A DNA stretch of 63,406 nucleotides, counting the filler, from Octopus bimaculoides (lineage: Eukaryota): NCBI RefSeq assembly GCF_001194135.2. It is 5 parts of 4 records of this genome, joined end to end, with 100 filler letters (N's around TTAATTAATTAA, not from the genome) between each part and the next. Parts side by side here need not be neighbours in the genome. Positions count along the whole stretch, not along the records: positions 30,469 to 53,440 come from NC_068981.1; positions 53,541 to 61,893 come from NW_026407668.1; positions 61,994 to 63,406 come from NC_068984.1; 2 more parts are not named here. The stretch is one strand, 5' to 3'. The translations under genes were made by a program, and so were the position numbers. The stretch's first letter is position 1; every line of letters begins with the position of its first letter. Below the pieces are notes generated by a model. That model did not search any database and had not been told where the DNA came from. It was given only the letters and a program-made list of their open reading frames with translations. Shown piece by piece: positions 53,096-63,406 of this stretch.

Positions 53096-53440
53096 ATGAT
53101 CATACGCCCCATAATCCAGATGTCACCTGATGTCTGTGACAGCACGGAAGATCTCCTCAGCAGGATCAACGACTGCAACAACGACTGCAACAACACTTGC
53201 AACCTGACAGGGTGTATAGTGGGTAGCATGGATGTGGTATCACTATACCCATCTATCGACGTGGATTTTGCAGTGGAAAAGTGCGTGGAGATGATCAACG
53301 AGAGCGAAGTAGTTCCAAAAAGTCAACACAGAAGACCTGGGCCTCCTACTTAGATTGACATATGACGATATATATCTAGATAGATACGACCTTAGAGATT
53401 TCTGCCCTAGTAGACGTCTAAGAGGTAGACCACCCACAAT
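53096..53440 (+). mobile_element. Penelope-like element reverse transcriptase fragment
   Basis: STEDLLSRI...IVGSMDVVSLYPSIDVDFAVE (PLE S.DV.SL[FY] motif); one frameshift, then FQKVNTEDLGLLLRLTY...FCPSRRLRGRPPT; cut off by the scaffold join. Confidence 0.75.
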
Positions 53441-53540
53441 NNNNNNNNNNNNNNNNNNNNNNNNNNNNNNNNNNNNNNNNNNNNTTAATTAATTAANNNN
53501 NNNNNNNNNNNNNNNNNNNNNNNNNNNNNNNNNNNNNNNN

Positions 53541-53575
<35 letters not shown>

Positions 53576-53589
53576 GATATATAGATCAT

Positions 53590-53626
<37 letters not shown>

Positions 53627-54099
53627 AATATATATATATATACGTACGTTCATATATTCATATATGTACACATATTCATGCATATACACACATACACACA
53701 TATACATGTGTGTGTGTATGTATATGCATATGTGTGTGTGCGTGTATGTGTATGTGTGTGCGTGTAGGCTTCTAATTATATGGTAATTTGATAGTGCTAT
53801 TTAAAGGTAAATGACAGGCATAACTTAACAGAAAGATATATGATGATCTCCTTTAGCCTCCTCCCTCAACCCTGCTTGTTTCCTCCACGCCGCTGGGCCA
53901 TTGTGTAGGAACTGCTCTGTCGGTTTGAATTGAGCCCCGTCACGGCACAGTTTGTATATATTCACGGTGGAATGTCGGGTTAATGTGCATTGCAATAATT
54001 GTGTCTGTGAGTCTATGAACAAGCGTACGTATGTGCTTGCATGTGCACGTGTGTGCGTCTATGCGTATTGGTATGTATATAAGCGTGCGTATGCGTATC

Positions 54100-54197
54100 G
54101 GTGAGCTGGCAAAGCCGTTAGCACACCGAGCAAAATGTTTAGCATCATTTCGTCCGTCTTTACGTTCTGAGTTCAAACTCCACTGAGGTCGACTTTG
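54100..54197 (+). mobile_element. SINE family A head, truncated by gap, CpG intact
   Basis: GGTGAGCTGGCAAAGCCGTTAGCACACCGAGC...GAGGTCGACTTTG. Confidence 0.85.
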
Positions 54198-54653
54198 ANN
54201 NNNNNNNNNNNNNNNNNNNNNNNNNNNNNNNNNNNNNNNNNNNNNNNNNNNNNNNNNNNNNNNNNNNNNNNNNNNNNNNNNNNNNNNNNNNNNNNNNNNN
54301 NNNNNNNNNNNNNNNNNNNNNNNNNNNNNNNNNNNNNNNNNNNNNNNNNNNNNNNNNNNNNNNNNNNNNNNNNNNNNNNNNNNNNNNNNNNNNNNNNNNN
54401 NNNNNNNNNNNNNNNNNNNNNNNNNNNNNNNNNNNNNNNNNNNNNNNNNNNNNNNNNNNNNNNNNNNNNNNNNNNNNNNNNNNNNNNNNNNNNNNNNNNN
54501 NNNNNNNNNNNNNNNNNNNNNNNNNNNNNNNNNNNNNNNNNNNNNNNNNNNNNNNNNNNNNNNNNNNTGCGAGTGTTTATTGAGCGAAAACACCTAAAAG
54601 CTCCACGAGGCTCCGGCACGTGTGTGTATGTGTGCGTAACTGTGAATACTCGT

Positions 54654-54697
<44 letters not shown>

Positions 54698-55420
54698 ACA
54701 CACACACATACACACACACACACACATACACAGCACTAACACACGCTATACCCCCCATACACATATATACATATATCCACAGCCACAGATGCGCAAAGAA
54801 ACATCAACAGAAACCAACGCACCAAACAGGAATCAAAATCCACTGTTGACCGTAGACTCAATTGCCCCAACGGCAAAATGATATAGGAGGCAGTTTCACC
54901 TGCGTCACAGGTGAGTGGACACAGCAGGTTGGTATGAAAAGGGGAGGGTGGAAGGGGACACCCATTACGTCCCTCACCACTACCTCCATTCGGCTTCCAT
55001 CCCCTATAACCGAGAACGCGCATGCCGTTGTCATAACTACGCCCATTCTTACCTCAGCCACCCATAAGTTCTTTCTGCAATGACCGTCAGTCAATTCACC
55101 GAAACTACAATTAGAAACCCGAATCACCTGGACCACGAACTTCCACGCCATTAACCACACTACCGTCATCACCATCGTCACCATCATCATCATCATCATC
55201 ATCATCATCACCGACGTGGTCGTCCGTCGTAGCCATCGTTGTCATCATCATCACCGTCCTTATCTTCAACATCACACGCGTATATTCGCGTTCACACTTG
55301 TATAAATTTTAGCGCTTACACTCATACACACTCACACAAACACACATACGCATACACGCACACACACACACACATATCTATCTATCTATCTATCTATATA
55401 TATATATATGTATGTATGTA

Positions 55421-55469
<49 letters not shown>

Positions 55470-56110
55470 NNNNNNNNNNNNNNNNNNNNNNNNNNNNNNN
55501 NNNNNNNNNNNNNNNNNNNNNNNNNNNNNNNNNNNNNNNNNNNNNNNNNNNNNNNNNNNNNNNNNNNNNNNNNNNNNNNNNNNNNNNNNNNNNNNNNNNN
55601 NNNNNNNNNNNNNNNNNNNNNNNNNNNNNNNNNNNNNNNNNNNNNNNNNNNNNNNNNNNNNNNNNNNNNNNNNNNNNNNNNNNNNNNNNNNNNNNNNNNN
55701 NNNNNNNNNNNNNNNNNNNNNNNNNNNNNNNNNNNNNNNNNNNNNNNNNNNNNNNNNNNNNNNNNNNNNNNNNNNNNNNNNNNNNNNNNNNNNNNNNNNN
55801 NNNNNNNNNNNNNNNNNNNNNNNNNNNNNNNNNNNNNNNNNNNNNNNNNNNNNNNNNNNNNNNNNNNNNNNNNNNNNNNNNNNNNNNNNNNNNNNNNNNN
55901 NNNNNNNNNNNNNNNNNNNNNNNNNNNNNNNNNNNNNNNNNNNNNNNNNNNNNNNNNNNNNNNNNNNNNNNNNNNNNNNNNNNNNNNNNNNNNNNNNNNN
56001 NNNNNNNNNNNNNNNNNNNNNNNNNNNNNNNNNNNNNNNNNNNNNNNNNNNNNNNNNNNNNNNNNNNNNNNNNNNNNNNNNNNNNNNNNNNNNNNNNNNN
56101 NNNNNNNNNN

Positions 56111-56168
<58 letters not shown>

Positions 56169-56575
56169 TAATAATAATAATAATATATATATATATATGT
56201 ATAAATAATACAGAATGGGATAAGGACGCAAAACATCCAGACAGTTAGGTGATACAAGAAAGGGACAAAACCTACAGATAGACGATACAAAGAAAACATG
56301 GACAGGGCATTCGGAGATTTCTTTCATCAGTCGAGTTCCAGATTATCTTTGCAATTTCGGCTGGTTATTCTCGATATTGCTCCAATCTGGCCAGCCCCAA
56401 AGAAAAACTAAGCTAAGAGCACTAGATTCCTTGGAAGAAAGCAGCGGATGTATACAGAAACAAGGACGGAAAAAAACCCGAACAATGTTACACAAATACA
56501 ATAAAAATAATAACAAGACATAATAACAGATGTATTTCGACTAAGGACGAAATATATATACATACATATATATAC

Positions 56576-56610
<35 letters not shown>

Positions 56611-56924
56611 CATGTATATATGTATGTATGTATATATTTAGTTATGTATCATATGTTGCATGTTCTATAAGAGTATATCGCAGTTTGTATATAATTTAAA
56701 ATACAAAAAAAAAAACGATCATAATTAGAATAAGAATAAGAATAACAAAAACCAAACAAGAACTTGATTCTTATTAAAATAGATTAATATCAACGTTTTA
56801 TCCAGTTTGCATGTTTTTTCTTCCTTTCATTAACGTCCATTATTTTCATTACGATTATTTTAATCATCATCATCATCATTCTCCTCCTCCTCCTCTTCCT
56901 CCTCCTCCTCCTCATCATCATCAA

Positions 56925-56981
<57 letters not shown>

Positions 56982-57166
56982 TTATATTATACTGTTCATA
57001 ATGGTTTTCATAATATAAACCCTTTGTGGTTAATAAAGAAATAAAGAAACCAGTATTATTATCATTATTATTATCATTATCATCATTATTATTATTATTA
57101 TCATTATTATTATTACTACTACTATTATTATTATTGCTTTTCTTGTCGTAGTCGTTGTTGTCGTTG

Positions 57167-57218
<52 letters not shown>

Positions 57219-57249
57219 TATTATTATTATTGCTTTTCTTGTCGTTGTC

Positions 57250-57299
<50 letters not shown>

Positions 57300-58130
57300 N
57301 NNNNNNNNNNNNNNNNNNNNNNNNNNNNNNNNNNNNNNNNNNNNNNNNNNNNNNNNNNNNNNNNNNNNNNNNNNNNNNNNNNNNNNNNNNNNNNNNNNNN
57401 NNNNNNNNNNNNNNNNNNNNNNNNNNNNNNNNNNNNNNNNNNNNNNNNNNNNNNNNNNNNNNNNNNNNNNNNNNNNNNNNNNNNNNNNNNNNNNNNNNNN
57501 NNNNNNNNNNNNNNNNNNNNNNNNNNNNNNNNNNNNNNNNNNNNNNNNNNNNNNNNNNNNNNNNNNNNNNNNNNNNNNNNNNNNNNNNNNNNNNNNNNNN
57601 NNNNNNNNNNNNNNNNNNNNNNNNNNNNNNNNNNNNNNNNNNNNNNNNNNNNNNNNNNNNNNNNNNNNNNNNNNNNNNNNNNNNNNNNNNNNNNNNNNNN
57701 NNNNNNNNNNNNNNNNNNNNNNNNNNNNNNNNNNNNNNNNNNNNNNNNNNNNNNNNNNNNNNNNNNNNNNNNNNNNNNNNNNNNNNNNNNNNNNNNNNNN
57801 NNNNNNNNNNNNNNNNNNNNNNNNNNNNNNNNNNNNNNNNNNNNNNNNNNNNNNNNNNNNNNNNNNNNNNNNNNNNNNNNNNNNNNNNNNNNNNNNNNNN
57901 NNNNNNNNNNNNNNNNNNNNNNNNNNNNNNNNNNNNNNNNNNNNNNNNNNNNNNNNNNNNNNNNNNNNNNNNNNNNNNNNNNNNNNNNNNNNNNNNNNNN
58001 NNNNNNNNNNNNNNNNNNNNNNNNATATATATATATATATGCACACACACAAGTACAAAGAACATTCTACATAAGTACACGTACATACATGCAAATATAT
58101 ACATATACGCACACACACACACACTATGCA

Positions 58131-58204
<74 letters not shown>

Positions 58205-59630
58205 GCAGTTACAGATCTATATTCATAAGTATAGATGCCTATATATTAATGAGTGTATAGATGTATACATGCATACAAACATATGTATGCATACGCACGC
58301 ACACACACATATATACACAGACATACACATACGTTCATAGATAAATACATACATATGTGGGTACATGTGAATATAAACGTATATACAGAGGGATTGTTAT
58401 CTTAAAAGTAGTTGAAGAAAAGGGATCATTTACTGATAGGAAGACTCATTAACGAAAGCAGAGTGAAATTTAATGCAAAAGAATTGGTTGACAGAAACTT
58501 AAAGTTTCGCCTAACGGCTTTTTCATCCCCTCTGCCTCAGTAGGACTTTATATATGTATTCATTTACTGTTGACCTTCAGAAGAATCATTACTCGATACT
58601 AACGTAGGAAGTATTGGACTAGTCCGTTTGTTGCATTTCTGAATAGAACCTCACGCACCCCCACACATACACACACATAAATGAAAAATGCATTAAAAAA
58701 ACGACGTAACATATGCTGAATGTAAAAACGAACAGGAGATGAACAGAAGGTCTGTAATTCTTCATCAATTATCGNNNNNNNNNNNNNNNNNNNNNNNNNN
58801 NNNNNNNNNNNNNNNNNNNNNNNNNNNNNNNNNNNNNNNNNNNNNNNNNNNNNNNNNNNNNNNNNNNNNNNNNNNNNNNNNNNNNNNNNNNNNNNNNNNN
58901 NNNNNNNNNNNNNNNNNNNNNNNNNNNNNNNNNNNNNNNNNNNNNNNNNNNNNNNNNNNNNNNNNNNNNNNNNNNNNNNNNNNNNNNNNNNNNNNNNNNN
59001 NNNNNNNNNNNNNNNNNNNNNNNNNNNNNNNNNNNNNNNNNNNNNNNNNNNNNNNNNNNNNNNNNNNNNNNNNNNNNNNNNNNNNNNNNNNNNNNNNNNN
59101 NNNNNNNNNNNNNNNNNNNNNNNNNNNNNNNNNNNNNNNNNNNNNNNNNNNNNNNNNNNNNNNNNNNNNNNNNNNNNNNNNNNNNNNNNNNNNNNNNNNN
59201 NNNNNNNNNNNNNNNNNNNNNNNNNNNNNNNNNNNNNNNNNNNNNNNNNNNNNNNNNNNNNNNNNNNNNNNNNNNNNNNNNNNNNNNNNNNNNNNNNNNN
59301 NNNNNNNNNNNNNNNNNNNNNNNNNNNNNNNNNNNNNNNNNNNNNNNNNNNNNNNNNNNNNNNNNNNNNNNNNNNNNNNNNNNNNNNNNNNNNNNNNNNN
59401 NNNNNNNNNNNNNNNNNNNNNNNNNNNNNNNNNNNNNNNNNNNNNNNNNNNNNNNNNNNNNNNNNNNNNNNNNNNNNNNNNNNNNNNNNNNNNNNNNNNN
59501 NNNNNNNNNNNNNNNNNNNNNNNNNNNNNNNNNNNNNNNNNNNNNNNNNNNNNNNNNNNNNNNNNNNNNNNNNNNNNNNNNNNNNNNNNNNNNNNNNNNN
59601 NNNNNNNNNNNNNNNNNNNNNNNNNNNNNN

Positions 59631-59671
<41 letters not shown>

Positions 59672-59911
59672 TTTTTTAATATAGTTTCAGCTTAGAGCTG
59701 CGGCCATGCTGATGCACCGCCGTGTATATATATACATATATATATATATATACATGCGTATATACTCTTTTATTTGTTTCATCCAGACGGTTGCGGTCAT
59801 GCTGGAGCAGCTATACAAACGCATTTGCATTCGGATATGACGTGTTCACAGCAGGCGATCTGATCGGTAACATTTTCTTTGCACTCACATATACTCGCAT
59901 GCATACATGCA

Positions 59912-60015
59912 AGACATATAGCAAACACACACAGACATATAGCAAACACACACAGACATATAGCAAACACACACAGACATATAGCAAACACACACAGACA
60001 TATAGCAAACACACA
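59912..60015. repeat. 21-bp minisatellite (AGACATATAGCAAACACACAC) x5
   Basis: Read directly; 7-aa period in overlapping ORFs. Confidence 0.9.
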
Positions 60016-61166
60016 CACACACACATATGCACACACTCATACACGCAATCAGACTCAAATCTAAAGCCCAGCCCCGGGAAAACCGTAAACAACGCCCTGT
60101 CACATCACACATAGAGTCCACTGTTCCCTATCTCTAAGAACTGTGTATTCCGTGCGTTGATCTCTCGGCTGTACTCCCGCTGAGAATGTGTTGCACATAT
60201 ACTAATAATTGTATAAATAAACAATGACAGGAAGAGAAAGAGAGAGAGGACAGGAGAGAAGGAGGGAGGGAGGNNNNNNNNNNNNNNNNNNNNNNNNNNN
60301 NNNNNNNNNNNNNNNNNNNNNNNNNNNNNNNNNNNNNNNNNNNNNNNNNNNNNNNNNNNNNNNNNNNNNNNNNNNNNNNNNNNNNNNNNNNNNNNNNNNN
60401 NNNNNNNNNNNNNNNNNNNNNNNNNNNNNNNNNNNNNNNNNNNNNNNNNNNNNNNNNNNNNNNNNNNNNNNNNNNNNNNNNNNNNNNNNNNNNNNNNNNN
60501 NNNNNNNNNNNNNNNNNNNNNNNNNNNNNNNNNNNNNNNNNNNNNNNNNNNNNNNNNNNNNNNNNNNNNNNNNNNNNNNNNNNNNNNNNNNNNNNNNNNN
60601 NNNNNNNNNNNNNNNNNNNNNNNNNNNNNNNNNNNNNNNNNNNNNNNNNNNNNNNNNNNNNNNNNNNNNNNNNNNNNNNNNNNNNNNNNNNNNNNNNNNN
60701 NNNNNNNNNNNNNNNNNNNNNNNNNNNNNNNNNNNNNNNNNNNNNNNNNNNNNNNNNNNNNNNNNNNNNNNNNNNNNNNNNNNNNNNNNNNNNNNNNNNN
60801 NNNNNNNNNNNNNNNNNNNNNNNNNNNNNNNNNNNNNNNNNNNNNNNNNNNNNNNNNNNNNNNNNNNNNNNNNNNNNNNNNNNNNNNNNNNNNNNNNNNN
60901 NNNNNNNNNNNNNNNNNNNNNNNNNNNNNNNNNNNNNNNNNNNNNNNNNNNNNNNNNNNNNNNNNNNNNNNNNNNNNNNNNNNNNNNNNNNNNNNNNNNN
61001 NNNNNNNNNNNNNNNNNNNNNNNNNNNNNNNNNNNNNNNNNNNNNNNNNNNNNNNNNNNNNNNNNNNNNNNNNNNNNNNNNNNNNNNNNNNNNNNNNNNN
61101 NNNNNNNNNNNNNNNNNNNNNNNNNNNNNNNNNNNNNNNNNNNNNNNNNNNNNNNNNNNNNNNNNN

Positions 61167-61247
<81 letters not shown>

Positions 61248-61489
61248 ACATACGTACTTATAGATAAAATTTCCTTTGTGCTTTTTCTTCAATTTCTTCA
61301 ATTTTTTATTTTATTATTTTTGCTTTCCAGTCCAGTAAAATTTTATCCTGTCACATAACGTTTCATATTTCATGTCAACATTATCATACGAGCAATAACA
61401 ACCGGATTATGTTCCCATTTCTTTCAATATACACTTTCTATATGCATACATTATATAATACACATTTTTAGTCCTTTTTATTTATTTGT

Positions 61490-61835
61490 TTCTGCCATTT
61501 GACTTCGGCCATACTGGGGCACCACCTTGAAGGGCTTTAGTCGAACAAATCGACCCCAGGACATAATTCTTAAGCCGAGTACTTATTGTGTCAGTTTCTT
61601 TTGCCGAGCCACTAGTTGTGTGGACGTAAAAAAAAACCGGTTGTCAAGCTGAGGTTGGGGACAAAGACACACTCAAACACACACGTACATATGGCAGGCT
61701 TCTTTCAGTTTCCTCCTACCAAATCTACTCACGAAGCTATAGTAGAAGATACCTGCACAAGGTGCTACGCAACGGGACTGAACCTGGAACCGTGTGGTTG
61801 CAAATCTAGCTGCTTACCACACAGCCACGCCCGCT
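61490..61835 (-). mobile_element. SINE family B
   Basis: CTTCGGCCATACTGGGGCACC...GGGACTGAACCTGGAACC...CACAGCCACGCC. Confidence 0.85.
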
Positions 61836-62478
61836 CCTATATCCATAACCTCGTGGGCATCGGTACCATTTTCCTCTTTCTCCGTTCTTCCATNNNNNNN
61901 NNNNNNNNNNNNNNNNNNNNNNNNNNNNNNNNNNNNNTTAATTAATTAANNNNNNNNNNNNNNNNNNNNNNNNNNNNNNNNNNNNNNNNNNNNTATATAT
62001 ATATATATACGACGGGTTTCTTTCGGTTTCCGTCTACCAAATCCACTCACAAGGTTTAATCCCAGCTGTTTCTCTGGGAAGCACATATGCTTATTCCGTT
62101 ATTGCAATCTAGTACGTAGTTTATATTGTTGCTGTGTATGTGCAAAGTACATATTAGATTTGAAAATTCTGGTAATACTATCTACAGAATTATTGTGTAA
62201 CAAAATAAATTGGAAAAATTATACTCCATTATACATGTTACATTTACTAATAGAAATTACAGAGCTTTACGTGATAGACTGACATATAAGGAATTTCCTA
62301 TTAGAAGTTCTTCAGACATAAAAATTAGATAATAGGTATTATTTGATTTCTCTGATTAATTTCTCTTAGGAGATTCTTTACATGTCAATCTGACACATTA
62401 AAGTCTGTAATTCCTGTTTGCAAATGAAACATGTGTAATGTGTAATGGTGAATAAATGATACCAATAAATTTTCAAAT

Positions 62479-62521
<43 letters not shown>

Positions 62522-63051
62522 ACATATGGGTACAGGACGTCACCAAGAGTGCAAACAACATGAAATACGTAAGCAACGAGAGAAAAATAAAGGAAAACAG
62601 GACAAGTAAACACAGTTGTCGGCTGTTTGAATTTGAGCGAATAATTTGCGCAACCATATCAGTGTAATAAATTCGTTTTGCTATCCTGACATTCCGATTT
62701 CGATGCCCTTTGATGGAACTTAGTGCCAATCTCCTCCATGCTTCTATGACATAGAATCGAACATAGAAGTTCAGGAGCAAATATCGTCCTAGAGAATTAT
62801 ATACTAGGTACCTCATTTGTATCATAAAGACCAAAAGTTCAAACATTGAACACATATTTTGTCAGAATTGACGTCGGGCTAAAGAACAGTAACGCTGCCT
62901 CGTTTTTCTCTTTTCCCCTCACATCACATCTCGTCTTAACACTTATTCTCTTTCCGTACAGCATATTTTCTTTCTATTCTCTGCTTCTTTATTGTCCCAT
63001 TGTCTTCCTCTCACGTATTTTTTTTCTCATCTCCATTCCACTTACCCACTA

Positions 63052-63106
<55 letters not shown>

Positions 63107-63406
63107 CTATCTCTCTCTCTCTCTCTCTCTCCACCCTCTTCGTCTTTATTGCTCTTCTTTTTTTAATTAAAAGAAGTGAATATCTATCCACAACATCCAG
63201 AGTAATGACATTATAAAGTGCTGAAAGCTGGAGAATAGGGTATACCAAGCTACACATACGTCAAATAAAATTAACACAACTCTGTGTATGTGTGTGTGTG
63301 TGTCTATTCATTGTTATATTTCTTTCTGCTTTTTTTGCGTTCACATCCTACTGTAGTCCATTTTGGTTTCTATCCTTTCTGGAATTAATTGAAATGCCAA
63401 TTATGC

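Noticed and set aside
56210-56550. Hammerhead-like CTGATGA-AAGAAATCTCC-GAAT...GTC on the minus strand (core at 56324-56330)
   Set aside because: GAAA is GAAT, stem II has a mismatch and stem I does not pair. It may be a decayed retroelement end but cannot be supported as a ribozyme.
59770-59870. Apparent exon after a strong tcatccag acceptor
   Set aside because: The acceptor and first bases are the reverse-complement tail of SINE B.

Overview
Animal genomic scaffold with very high microsatellite density, about 20% N gaps and no securely identifiable host gene. The repeat content, especially several tRNA-derived SINE families, suggests an octopod cephalopod such as Octopus; this is an inference. 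Nearly all supplied ORFs are translations of microsatellites or gaps. Recognisable content is transposon-derived. There are three abundant SINE families (called A, B and C here), a decayed mariner transposase, R4/Dong-like and HERO-like RLE retrotransposon ends, an RTE 3' half, a Penelope-like (PLE) reverse transcriptase fragment and piggyBac-type MITEs. The most interesting item is a 377-bp element at 43049-43425 bounded by a perfect 12-bp target-site duplication. It joins a tRNA-like Pol III head to a PLE-type minimal hammerhead ribozyme and carries a second, inverted copy of the ribozyme module at its 5' end. A second, unrelated inverted hammerhead pair lies at 41221-41433. The block 30469-53440 is strongly CpG-depleted and is bounded by two artificial TTAATTAATTAA scaffold-join markers. 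All alignments and folds were done by eye, and SINE boundaries are approximate.
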